This document shows positions 27,140 to 39,400 of a stretch of 64,000 nucleotides of DNA, piece by piece. Numbering within the stretch: position 1 is the first letter of the stretch; the number at the start of each line of letters is the position of its first letter. Origin of the DNA: Mobula hypostoma (Eukaryota); the NCBI RefSeq assembly GCF_963921235.1, contig NC_086097.1, positions 100,876,001 through 100,940,000 on the forward strand, written 5' to 3'. The notes beneath the pieces were generated by a model. That model saw only the letters and a program-made list of their open reading frames with translations. It was not told where the DNA came from and searched no databases. The translations under genes were made by a program, and so were the position numbers.

Positions 27140-27290
27140 AAGAAAGGTACTGGATGACCTTCAAGGCTGGCATTGAAAAACTCAAACATATCAAGGGTAA
27201 AATAGTTAAATGAAAATGACATAAAGTTTTACAAGGTCTGTCAGGTTCCTTGTACCATCTGTGATAAAGTAGCCATTGAGCCAGATCGCT
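27140..27290 (+). mobile_element. Small Gypsy pol fragment (pre-RT region)
   Basis: Reads approximately FKAGIEKLKHIKGKIV...KFYKVCQVPCTICDKVAIEPDR. Confidence 0.45.
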
Positions 27291-27414
27291 CAAAAATTTT
27301 TCCCATATAAATTAATGGTAATTGCTTCTTCGTTTTACGCCATTTCAGCTTACAAACTGTTTCATCGGAATGCTCTACCTTAGCGGGGGAAATACGGGAC
27401 ATGGGCAGTCCCGT

Positions 27415-27808
27415 ATCTTTGAGACTTTCCCAGTAGATCCAGAAAAAAATGAAAAATAAATACACAAATACTGTTGTAATGTGAGCATTATAAAAATAAG
27501 TAATACTAATTATGATAGTATTTCTGGGTTGCAGGGTTTTACTTCCGGTCTTTTCTACTGCGGTGCATGGCGGGGGAGCTATACACATGCGCACTGAGCA
27601 GAAAGAATGGAACTAAAACCCGCAATCCGGAAGCAATCTCTCTTTACAAACAGTTTTCAGTAGTGGAAGTATTGCTATATCACCATCATCCTAATTAGTA
27701 TTACTTATTTTTATAATGCTCACATTACAACAGTATTTGTGTATTTATTTTTCATTTTTTTCTGGATCTACTGGGAAAGTCTCAAAGATCGACCAGTTGG
27801 TGACCACT
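27415..27808. repeat. Foldback/MITE: 98-bp inverted arms (27415-27512 and 27692-27789) plus a hAT-like end
   Basis: The arms are reverse complements by eye and the spacer is also partly self-complementary. Ends in gatcgaccagttggtgaccact. Confidence 0.85.
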
Positions 27809-27885
27809 AATCTATAGGTTTCTTGTTTGTAGCTGATCCCCTAGTGGACTCAACCATGAGCTGCTCTTAAAAGCCATCACACAGG

Positions 27886-28710
27886 GAATGTTCCCTCTAA
27901 GGTGTGCGTGTGCACACAACTTTTGCTACTAGTGCACAAAGGAATTTAAATGGTGCAAAAAGGCTGTCATCCTCTACCTCATTAGCATGTTAAGTATATT
28001 TCACGATGGTACACAATCACATTTCCTTTTCCGATTTCTGATGCAGACAGTGTTGACAAAGTGCAGTTTGTGATAATTTGTCTGCAGATTTTAGAACTGG
28101 CTTATTTGTACTATCTTTATTGAAAAAATTATTGATTCTCTATGTCGAATTCCAAAGAAGCAAATGGCGTGAAACGCAGAACTGCTAGTTCATTTAATGC
28201 AGAATAGCTTAATGAAACAGTAGAAACTGCTACACTGAAAGCTCATGAGGCCAGGAATGTGTAGGTATGAGAAATATTTATGTACAATACAGAAACTGGA
28301 GTTATCTGTGTGTATTGTCGCAATGCAAAAATTGTTGGAGGATTTGCAAATGGGAAGAAGTGGAATGATAATTGGAAGCTTGACTTTTTACAGCATAATT
28401 TAGCAAGCAAATCACAAATGTGCAAAAGCTCTGGCAAGAAAATCCTTCGTAACCTGCTACATATATTTCATGACAGTGCAGATAAACGAGAGCAAAAACG
28501 ATTAAACCCAGAGTAGGTCAAAGTTCTTATTGACTATTATTTTATTTCTTTAAAACGATGAACAACAACCTGGGCTTGGTAGTTTATTATCCTTAGAATA
28601 GCTTCAGGTTTACTTAAAAATTCAGTGCGTACATGTTGTCACCGGGCAAAAAAAATGCGCAGCGCAAAATTTTTGCACACACTAGTCAATACAAATTAGA
28701 GGGAACATTC
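27886..28710 (+). mobile_element. Deleted hAT-Tip100 (Arthur1-like) transposon inside a CR1 fragment
   Basis: TIRs GAATGTTCCCTCTAA and TTAGAGGGAACATTC; decayed 8-bp TSD CACACAGG/CTCAAAGG; zinc-finger-like N-terminus VICVYC...WKLDFLQHNL. Confidence 0.85.
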
Positions 28711-29185
28711 CTCAAAGGCATTCTAGAAATTCCCCCAGAATCCAGCACCAACATGATTTTCCTAATCTACCTGCATATCAAAATCCCCTATTGTTACTTT
28801 GCTCCTTTGGCATGCATTTTCTATCTCCTGTTGTAATTTGTAGACCATATCCTTATTACTGTTTAGGGGTCTGTATATAACTCCCATCAGCATCTTTTTA
28901 CCCTTGCAGTTCCTTAACTCTGTCCACAATGATTCAACACCTTCTGACCCTTGGGTTCAGGTGTAACTCGTCCCTTTTGTACATGTCAACCCTTCTTGAG
29001 AAGAGATCCCATACAGCATAGTACCTTTGGTTTCCACTGTTGAATAAGCTGCCAGCAGTTGCTGACAAATATACATATGAATAGGATCTACATTCTGAAT
29101 TTAACTGGGTCTTCCCATTATGGTGCTTGCTATGAAAAAGAAAGATGTAAAACAACAACATCATAAAAGGCCTACAGATTCCTAC

Positions 29186-29269
29186 CCGCTGATTCTTTTC
29201 ATATTCTGCTATTCTCTCCATTTCTTCATTGAAATTTTCTATGTTTTTCTTTCGCCTTTCCTCCCAATC
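29186..29269 (-). CDS. CCDC9: Internal coding exon of host gene, CCDC9-like (84 bp, phase 0/0)
   Basis: Minus strand reads tgtctttgctttttaaaccAG|GATTGGGAGGAA...AATCAGCGG|GTagga. It translates to DWEERRKKNIENFNEEMERIAEYEKNQR, close to recalled vertebrate CCDC9 EWEERRRQNIEKMNEEMEKIAEYERNQR. A paralog cannot be excluded. Confidence 0.8.
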
Positions 29270-30740
29270 CTGGTTTAAAAAGCAAAGACAGAATTAGATG
29301 TGAGTATATTTTCCATCATTCTGAGGGATGAGCTGTCAGAATCCCAGAGACCAGAGTTTGAATTCTACCATAGCAGTAACAAAATAAAATCTAAGATTTA
29401 TGAAAAGACTGGTCTCAGTAATGTAAGCTATGTAATTACCCAACTCTTGCAAAAAAAATCTGCTTCCCAAACCCTTTTAGCAGGTATTTTGAATTATAAA
29501 CAACTGCTATCTTTGATTTGGGGAAGATCTGTAACTGAGAGGCAGTGCAATCTTCTTTCCAAGTACAGGATTACTAAGTTTAAAACCTGCACTGTTGAGT
29601 CAGTATTGAGTATTTTTTCTACTGGTACTTTAAAGTTTATTTGCATAATTACAGCAAGTCTTCTGGTAACATGGTCTTTCCCACCTCACTGGTGAAATTA
29701 CGGTATTTTGTATCTCTTGGGCAGTTTGCTCTTTACACAGATATCAGTCACCTTACTCCACTTCTTAGCAATAACAAAAACAGTAAGGTTAGTTCAGCTA
29801 AACTAAACCAAAATGTTTGGCAGCTTAGCAGATCAAGCAAAATCCATTGGCAGAGAAAAAGTTAAATGTTTTAGATTAAAGACCCTACCTAAAAACTGGA
29901 AAAATGAAAAAAAAAACTAAATGTAATTATTGTTTGATGAGCTACGATTAAAAATGGTGGTGCAAAGGAAATGGCCCCTGTACAAGAGGCCAAGGTTGGA
30001 GGAATGCAGGAAGTCAATAGTTTACAATAGCAGGTCGTCACAAATTGACAAATGGCTCAAATTCTTGGATGGATTGCAACACAGAAGATTTATAATAACA
30101 TTAGAAGTCATTAAAAAGGCAAGTTTTTCCACTGGATCACTCAAAAATATTCATATTCAATTATTTTTAAATGATGCAATTGAAATTATAATTAGTTATA
30201 ATTAGCTTTTTGCAATTTAATTAAATTGACTACTTATAGGGGATCTATTGCAATCAATCCTAGTATCCAGTCACACTGGAAGAGCAAAATCCACTTCTTT
30301 TTCCCATACGCATCAAAATTCTTATCGTTTATTGTAATGTTATGTGCAAGTCTTTGCTCAAATTCAGTCTTCTCCATTATGAGCTATTTAGTATTTCATT
30401 GCTGGCTCCCAACCGCTCCGATCTGTCATTTATTTAATCAGTGATACAGCATGGAGTAGTTCCTTCCCGCAACATCACCCCAGCAACCCCTGACAAATTT
30501 AATTAACTCTAACCTAATCACAGGACAATTTACAATGACCAATTAACCTACCCTGTACGTCTTTGGCCTGTTGATGGAAACTGGATAATCCAGAAAAGCA
30601 CCCATGCATTCCACAGAGAGAACATACACTGGAATTGAACACCAAACTTGGAACACTCTGTGCCGTAATAGCGTTGCACTAACTGCTGTGGTACCATGGT
30701 GCCCAAATTATCAGCCCCTACTATTGTTACCTGTCTCTAT

Positions 30741-31498
30741 TGTTACCTGAGTAGCTCGTGAACATGATGTAATTGTCTTGTGATATTGGCATGATGTAAG
30801 TGTCTCGTGATATTAGTATGATGTAATGGTCGTGATAGTGGGATGATATGATGTCACATGATGGCATGTTCCAATCGGTATAAAAGGGGAGACCGCAATT
30901 GGTTGAGTAGTTGTTTTGTTGGGGAGTCACAGTGGGTGGTTACATAATCAAGGAAAGAGAGAGAGCGAAAGTGAAGAATTTGCCAGCTTCGTACGAACCC
31001 AAGAAATCACCGGCGTGCTGTGTGCCTTGAATGTGACTGACATTTGGTATGGTCCATATGGGTATTGTGGCACACACTTTTGGTTAACCCCTGCATGATC
31101 TCAGGTGTTGTGTGTTGACCACCTCCTGCGAAAGGTCAGTTACTGTGAGAAATTTTATTCTTCGTGATTTCTTCGGACAAGGGATTTCTCAGCTGGGATC
31201 TGTGTCAGCAGTTTCGTCTTTTCTTTATTGCTGGTTCGGGAAGTGTCTCCTCTCATTTATTTCATAAATCACTTGGACTCTTTGAACCACCATCTTAAGA
31301 CTGTGTTTGAGTAAGATCTGTTAAGAATTGTCTTCAAGTTCTACTGTTTGATAACTGAAGATATATAACACTGTTAACCTCCGTTTAAGTTAGTCGTTTG
31401 TTTACTGTTCTATGTTTTTGAGTAGAGGTTAATAAATTTCATCGTTTATTTATAAAAACCCAACTCAATTTCATATCTATTGCTGCTGATGTGTAACA
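30741..31498 (+). mobile_element. Solo LTR
   Basis: TGTTAC...GTAACA, TSD CTAT, TATAAAAGGG and AATAAA. Organisation resembles 24546-25403. Confidence 0.85.
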
Positions 31499-32094
31499 CT
31501 ATCTTGTATGTCTACTTTCAATTTAACATTATCCACAAGCCTCTTTCTCATGGAGCGTATTGTGCAGGGTTAATCTTTATGCTTGTCAACACCATGGCCT
31601 TGAACGTAACACAGCTGATGCAGGAGCTTTGATTTGCACTGTAGGAATACAGTTGAGGGAACAGGAAAGTTAGGTGAACACAGGAGTGGGACCCGTGAAG
31701 AGTAGTGACAATTGATGACTGGTTCTGGTTTGGTGGTTTGAGCTGGTGTTGTGTATTGCTTCACTTACCACAGCATTTCATATCAGTGGAGAGGGTATAA
31801 AAATAGAGTGGTCAGGGGGCTTAAGGTAGTTTTTTGGGTCCTCGCTTTCTAATTTGGGCATATTTCTGATGGGTGTTATTGGTGCAACTGTTTGAATATC
31901 TCCCACTGCTCATCCACTGACCTATCTCTTAATTTATTTACCCAATCCACTTTAAACAACCCCATCATCACACTCATAAAAAAGCCTTTGACTCCACTAA
32001 TAAGACCAAACTGCAGAACATCTTCCTCAAGTTTTCCTGTCCTCTTAAATTCACTTCCATTTGATTTAAGCTTAATAATAATTAATATCATTAC

Positions 32095-32540
32095 CAGAAA
32101 TAATATCTCCTCGCTGACAATCAACACTGGTGCACCTCAAGGATATGTGCTTAGCCCACTGCTCTACATTCTTTCCACCTACGACCTTGTGGCTAGACAC
32201 AGCCAAATGCCATCTTTGACTTTGCCGACAACACAACTATTGTTGGCTGAATTTCAGATGGTGATGAGAAGACGTACAGGAGCAAGAGAGGTCAGTTGGT
32301 CAAGTGGTATCGCAATAACTACCTTACACTCACTGTTAGTAAGACCAAGGAATTGATTGTGGACTTTAGGAAGAAGTCGTCCAGGGAACACACACCAGTC
32401 CTCACTGAGGAGTCAAAGGAAAGGGTGAGCAGTTTCAAGTTCTTTGGTGTCAACGTCTCTGAAGATCTAACCTAGGCCTAACATATTGATGCAATCACAA
32501 AGAAGGCACAACAGTGGCTATATTTCATTAGGTGTTTGAA
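32095..32540 (+). mobile_element. Rex1-like RT fragment
   Basis: ISSLTINTGAPQGYVLSPLLY. Confidence 0.75.
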
Positions 32541-33101
32541 GACCATAAGATAAAGGAGCAGAAATAGACCATTTAGCCCATTGAGTCTATTCCACCATTT
32601 CATCATAGCTGATCCATTTCCCTCTCAGCCCCAAGCTCCTACTTTCTCCCCACATCCCTTCATGCCCTGACTAATCAAGAATTTTTCACCCTCTGCTTTA
32701 AATATACCCAATGACTTGCCCTCCACAGCTGCCTATGGTAATGAATTCAGCAGATTCACCACTCTTTGGCAAAAGTAATTCCTCCTCATCTCCTTTCTAA
32801 AAGGACGTCCCTCTATTCTGAGGTTGAGTCCTCTGTTCTTAGATTCCTCCACCATAGCAAACATCCTCACCACATCCACTCTGTCTAGGCTTTTCAACAT
32901 TCAATAGGTTTCATTGAGTTCATCCATCACTTTTCTGAATTCCAGTGAATAGAGGCCGAAAGCCATCAAATGTGTTTGAACTCTCTCCAATGCCAGCAAA
33001 TCCTTTCTAAGATAAGGGGAATAAAACTGCTCACAATACTCCAAGTGAGGCCTCACCAACACTTTTTAAAGCCTCAACATTATATCCTTGCTTTTACAGT
33101 A

Positions 33102-33547
33102 CAGCTCGACCTTCTATAATCCAGCACCATTGGGACCTGAGGAGTGCCGGATTAGTGAAAATGCCAAACTACAGAAGGATCACATTAAGCAATAGCTAAG
33201 CACTTCATCATACCTTTAAAATATCAAAGGATTCAAAGGTTCATTTAATGTCAGAGAAAAGTATTCAATATACATCCTGAAATGCTTTTTCTTTGCAACC
33301 ATCTACAAAAACAGAGGAGTGTCCCAAAGAATGAACGATAGTTAAATGTTAGAACCCCTAAGTTCCCCCCCCCGCTGCCTTCCCTCCCGCGCGTAAGTGG
33401 CAGCGAGCAACAATCCCCTCTCCCCACCTGCAAAAACTAAAGTGCACCCACTACCAGCACTCAAGCATGAGCTAAGCAATAGCAAAGACACAGACTTGCA
33501 GTTACCCCAAAGACTACATTGCACTCACAGTTACTGAGGTAATCCTC

Positions 33548-33594
<47 letters not shown>

Positions 33595-33987
33595 CACCAC
33601 TTCTGATCTGAGGCCGCAGGCAGGAGAGAACGGAGTGCCGGCCGGGTGACGCCGGAGGGCAGTGCACGACTGCCGCAGGTGGGCGAGAAGGCAGACCGAC
33701 CCAGCGCGCACCAGCTACCCAGCCGCTGGCGGGTGAGTTGGACGGGGCCGGGCGGCTGTGCCCCACGCAAATGTATTAATAAATGCAGAAAAACAAGCAG
33801 GAATCGCCTATCTGTGCTTACAAAAGCGCGCCAACACGTAAACAGATCTAGTGCAACCAAAACAACACGCAGCAGATTGGTACAATGGCCCAGAAAATTT
33901 GAAATTAGTTGCGCGGAAAATTTGAAATCAGTGCGGATTATCGAAGGAACCGGATTACAGGTAGTCGGATTAGTGAAGGTCGACCTA
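33102..33987. mobile_element. Tc1/pogo-type MITE containing an rRNA-retroposon chimera
   Basis: TIRs CAGCTCGACCTTCTATAATCC and GGATTAGTGAAGGTCGACCTA with TA flanks; subterminal CGGATTA repeats. Confidence 0.8.
33522..33618 (-). pseudogene. 5' ~97 nt of 28S rRNA, preceded by GC-rich ITS2-like sequence (33619-33768)
   Basis: Reverse complement CCTCAGATCAGAAGTGGTGACCCGCTGAATTTAAGCATATTACTAAGCGGAGGAAAAGAAACTAAC is the conserved LSU 5' end with several substitutions. Confidence 0.93.
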
Positions 33988-34857
33988 TATATTCTAATCC
34001 TCTCAAAATGAATCCTAATATTGCATTTGCCTTCTTCACCACTGATTCAACGTGCAAATTAACCTTTAGGGAATCCTACATGAGGAATCCCAACTCCCTT
34101 TGTATAGTTTTGAATTTTTTCTCCTTTTAGAAAATAGTCTATGCTTTTATTTCTTCTACCAAAGTGCATGACCATACACTTCCTGACAATATTACATCTG
34201 CCACTTCTTTGCCCATTACCTAATCTGTCCAAGTCCTTCTATCGCCTCTCTGCTTCCTCAGCACTACCTGCCACTCCACTGTTATTCATATCATCTGCAA
34301 ACTTGGCCATAAAGTCATCAATTCCTTCATCGAAATCTTTGACATATAATGTAAAAAGAAGCAGTCCCAACATATATCCCTGTAGAATACTACTAGTCAC
34401 CGGCAGCCAACCAGAAAAGGCACCCTTTATTCTCACTCTTTCCCTCCAGCTAATCAGCCAACGCTCTGTCCATGCTTGTATCTTTCCTGTAATACCACAG
34501 GCTCTAACTCGTTCCAGCAGCCTCATGTGTGCCACCTTGGCAAAGACCTTCTGAAAACCCAAGTACACAACGTCTACCTATTCTCCTTTATCTATCCTGC
34601 TTGTTGTTTCTTCAAAGAATTTCAACTGATTTTTCCATCAGGAAACCATGCTGATTACAGCCTTTTTTATCATGTGCCTCCAAGTACCCTGAAAGCACAA
34701 ACTTAACAATCGACTCCAACATCTTCCCACCACTGAGGTCAAACTAACTGGCCTATAATTTCCTTTCTTCTGCCTCTCTTCCTTCTTGAAGAGTGGGGTG
34801 ACATTTGCAATTTTCCAGTTCTCCGGAACCATGCCAGAATCAATTGATTCTTGAAAG

Positions 34858-35215
34858 CAAAACACACAAAATGCTAGTGGAATGCAGCAGGCCTGGCAGC
34901 ATCTATAGGAAGAGGTACAGTCGACGTTTCAGGCCGAGATCCTTCGTCAGGACTAACTGAAAGAAGAGAAAGAAAAAGAGATTTGAAAGTGGGCGGGGGA
35001 GGGGGAGATCTGAAATGATAGGAGAAAACAGGAGGGGGAGGGATGGAGCTAAGAACTGGAAAGTTGATTGGCGAAAGAGATACAAGGCTGGAGAAGAGAG
35101 AGGATCATGGGACAGGAGGCCTTGGGGGAAAGAAAGGGGGAGGGGAGAACCAGAGGAAGATATAGTGAGAGGGACAGAAGGAGAAAAAAAAGAGAGAAAG
35201 GAAGGGGAAAAATAT
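34858..35215 (-). mobile_element. Penelope-like terminal-repeat fragment (short derivatives at ~37815-38035, ~40105-40225, ~57265-57440)
   Basis: Characteristic gctgg..aactcagcagg..ggcagcatct block, a hammerhead-like core and a purine/pyrimidine-skewed flank. Confidence 0.6.
34918..34955 (-). ncRNA. Minimal type I hammerhead ribozyme-like motif
   Basis: Minus strand UAGUC-CUGACGA-AGG-AUCUCGG-CCU-GAAACGUC-GACUG: core boxes, helix I AGUC/GACU, helix II AGG/CCU and palindromic ACGU. Confidence 0.6.
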
Positions 35216-38200
35216 AATGGTTTCCTTAAGGGAAAATCTTGCCTGACAAATCAGCTGGAATAATTAGAGGAAATAACAAGCAGGATAGATAATGGAGAAT
35301 TAGTGGATGTTGTGTATTTAGATTTTCAGAAGGTCTTTGACAAGGTACCACACGAGGCTGCTGGAAGTTAAGAGCCCATGGTATTACAGGAAAGATACAA
35401 GCACGGATAGATGCCTCCACAATCTCTTCAGCCACTGCTCTCAGAACCCTGAGGTGTAGACCACCTAGCCCAGGTGGCTCATCTGCCCTCAGACATTTCA
35501 GTTTCCCAAGAACCTTCTCCCTAGTAATGGCAACTTCACACAATTCTGCCCTTTGACTCTCTCGAACTTCTAGCATACTGCTAGTGTCTTCCACAGTGAA
35601 GAATGATGCAAAATACTTAGTTAGTTCATTTGTCATTTCTGTGTCCCCCAGTACTACCACTCCTCCATCATTTTCCAGCTGTCTGATATCCATTCTTGCT
35701 TCTCTTTTACACTTTATGTATCTGAAGAAACTTTTAGTATCCTCTTTAATAATATTAGCAGGCTTTGTATTCCATCTTTACCTTCTTAATGACTTTTTAG
35801 TTGCCTTCTGTTGGTGTTTAAAAGCTTCCCCATCCTCGAACTTCCCACTAATATTTGCTCCATTATATGCCCTCTCTTTGGCTTTGGCTTCTCATGTCTC
35901 CCATGGTTGTGACATCCTACCATAAGAACACTATTTCTGCACCTTCAGAACTGGTCCCAGAAATTCCAGCCACTGCTGCTCTGCCATCATTTCTGCTCGT
36001 GTTCCTTTCCAATCAATGTTGGCCAGCTTCTGTCTCATGCCTCTGTAATTCCCTTTACTCTACTGTGATACTGATGCATCTGACTTTAGCTTCTCCTCCT
36101 GAAATTGCAGGGTGAATTCTATCATATTGTGATCACTGGACTCTCAGGGTTCTTTTACCTTAGTGTAAAGGTCTACGTCAATTATCTCTAGCCAACTCTG
36201 GTTCATAGCACAACACCCAATCCAGAATAGCTGATCCCCTAGTCAGCTCAACCACAAGTTGCTCTCGAAAGACATCTCATAGGCATTCTAGAAATTCCTC
36301 CTCTTAGAATTCAGCACCAATCTGATTTTCCCCATCTACCTCCATATTGAAATCCCCCATGACTATCGTAACATTGTCCTTTTGACATGCATTTTTTATT
36401 TCCCTTGTAATTTGTTGACCACATCTTTACTACTGTTTGGGGCTCTGTGTACACCTCCCATCAAGGTAATTTTACCCTTGCAGTTCGTCGAGACATAGAA
36501 AACCTACAGCACAATACAGGCTCTTCGGCCCACAAAGCTGTGTCGAACGTGTCCTTACCTTAGAACTACCTAGGCTTACCCATAGCCCTCTATTTTTCTA
36601 ACTCCATGTACCTATCCAGGAGTCTCTGAAAAGACCCTATTGTTTCCACCTCCACCACCACCGCCAGCAGCCCATTCCACGCACTCACCACTCTCTGCGT
36701 AAAAAACTTACCCCGACATCTCTTCTGTACCTACTTCCAATCACCTTAACACTATGCCCTCTCGTGCTAGCCATTTCAGCCCTGGGAAGAAGCCTCTGAC
36801 TATCCACACGATCAATGCTTCCCATTCTCTTGTACACCTAAGTTCCTTAGCTCTACCCCTAATGATTCTACACCTTCCAATCCTATGTCACCTCTTTCTA
36901 ATGATTTGATTTCATTTTTTTTAAACCATCGGAGCTACCCCACCCCCTCTGCCTACCTACCTGTCCTTTCTATACACTGTGAATCCTTGGACGTAAAGCT
37001 CCCAGCTATAATCTTCTTTCAGCCACGTCAAACATGCCAATCTGTAACTGTGCTGCATGTTAATTTCACTTATTCTGTATACTGTGTGCATTCAAATATA
37101 ACACCTTTAATCCTGTATTCACCTTTTTTGATTTTGTCCACCTTTTACAACTGTTGACAGTGATTTCACCCTATCATCAACCTCTCCTTGCTAGGTCTGT
37201 TTGTAAACCAACTAGCCTTCTTCAGCACTATCATTCCAGTTCCCATCCCCTTGCCAAATTAGTTTAAACCCTCCTGAATAGCTCCAGCAAACCTACCCAC
37301 AAGGATATTGATCCTCCTCGGGTTCAGGTGTAAAGTCGTACCTTCCCCAGAACAGATCCCCAATGATCCAGAAATCTGAAACCCTGCCCACTGCACCAGT
37401 TATCACCACCCTCAATGGCATGTGGCACAGACAGAAACAACAACAACAGAATGTAGAATAAAGTGTAGCAGTTATAGAGAAAGTGCAGTACAGGCAGACA
37501 ATAACAAGGTAGATTATGGGTTCAAGAATCCATTTTATCATACTAAAGGGCCATTCTTATAACAGTGGGATAAAAAACCTGAGCCTGGTAGTATGTGCTT
37601 CCAAGCTTTTGAATCTTCTTCCCATAGGAGAGGGGAGAAGAGAGAACGCCTGGGGTGGATGGGATGTTTGATTATGCCACCAAGGCAGCAAGAAGCATAG
37701 TCAGAGTCCACAGAGTGGGAGCTGGTTTCCATGATGTTCTGAATTCTATCCATAACTCTCTGCAGTTTTTGATTTAAAAGGCAGGAGGGTACAGTATTGT
37801 TCGAAGCTGAATATGTGAGATTCTGCAGATACTGGAAATCCAGAGCAACAGCCAGACAATGCTGGAGGAACTCAGCAGGTCAGGCATCATCTATGGAAGG
37901 AAGTAAACAATTGCCATTTCAAACCAAGACCCTTCATCAGGACCTTCCCCAATTTTGAGAAAGGGTCTCTTATTTGATATAATGACTCCTTCCTCTCTTT
38001 CCTCTTGACTGGCTGAGTCCTTCCAGCATTTCTGATTTTTGTTAGGGAGAGGACCTTTCTCTTGAGGATGGCGAGGGCATAGCCCATCGTTTTATATGTG
38101 TACAGCATATGAACAATCAGTGATGGCTTGACGTTAGTGTGAACACAAGCATCTCCCCATTCTACAGACATTTTTATTTCAGATTTCAGCATTATGCAGC

Positions 38201-38699
38201 TTAACACATCATGGAAGCCTGCCTGCCCCTCTATCGACTCTGTCTATACTTTTTGCTGTCTCATTAAAGCTGCCAGAATAATCAAAGACTCCACCCACCT
38301 GGACATTCTCTCTTCTTCCCACTCACATTGGGAGGAACAAAAGCCGGAAAGCCTGTATAGCCAGGCTTAAGGAAAGTTTCTATCCCACTTTTAAGACTAT
38401 TGAACAATTTCTTAGTACAATAAGGTGGATGCTTGACCTTAAAACCAAACTTGTTATGACTTTGCACCTTATTATCTACTTGCTCTGCACTTTTCTCAGT
38501 AATTGTAACACCTTATCTGCACTGTTATTGTACAACATCACGCACCATTGTAATGAATTGATCTGTATGAATGGAATACAAAATACAATTTTCACTGTTC
38601 CTTGTTACATATGATAGTAATAAACCAATTTACCAATTTGTTTTCCAGTGATCTTCCCCCAACTTGCCCAAACTGCACCACAATGCCCTTCTTCAATAA

Positions 38700-39400
38700 A
38701 GATTTGCTTCACACCCAAGAAAACATGGACCACTTTTCATATTTCAGGAACTAGCTCTTTAATGATGAAATTCACAATAGCCTTCAATGCACTGGCACAG
38801 CCTTTTGTTGATTGAGGAAAAGGATATTTAAAGATCAAGACCTCAGACAGCACAAAACTTAATCAACCAGGCTGCACTGATCACAGACTTCTTTTGTGCT
38901 TCTAAGGCCATCAGCTCAAGGCAGTGAATTGAAATCACCAAGGCTGTCTCTATAAAATCATCCAGATTTACTGGAAGAATAAACAAATCAATGTCTGCGT
39001 CTTTTCCCAGCCAATATACCGAGTGTTGTAATCCTGACTACATTCAGTCCATTATAATGGATAGATCAAGTTGATTACATGCCCAGTAGCACATTCCTAA
39101 AACATACTCTATTGCAAGCTGTCAGAGGAAAGATTACATTTGAGGATGTGGTCGAAACCCTCCTTAAAAAAAATACAACATTCCCACAGGTTCCTAGGAA
39201 CCTCTCTTAAGATAATTGCTCAAACTGGAGGAAGACCATTTAGAGATGGTATTGAAAACCTGAAAGCAAACAATAAGAACACACAGAAGCCTTGGTAAGC
39301 AGTGGAAGAAGGGCACCAAACCACAAACTAACCACCTATCCAACCATTCTCTGTGCCCCTGTCTGTGGAAGACTCTACATTGGCCTGCTCAGAACTTTAC
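38700..39400 (+). mobile_element. Old RTE-like LINE 3' fragment (a related tail may lie at ~44745-45420, -)
   Basis: Degenerate HFSYFRN..LNDEIHNSLQCTGTAFC*LRKRIFKDQDL, similar to RTE C-terminal regions. Confidence 0.45.

Larger units (their letters stand above)
32541..37345 (-). mobile_element. Decayed CR1 LINE with a nested MITE, a Penelope-type piece, an inverted CR1 segment (~35216-35410) and a second CR1 tail (~36490-36840)
   Basis: AKFADD, YLGFQKVFAKVAH and NYRPVSLTSVVG; collinear across the insertions. Confidence 0.75.

Noticed and set aside
28934..29221. 95-aa ORF as a gene
   Set aside because: Only the first residues belong to the exon; the rest is read-through past the GT donor into intron and CR1.
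33522..33618. Functional rRNA gene
   Set aside because: Only ~97 nt, mutated, with no 5.8S or remaining 28S.
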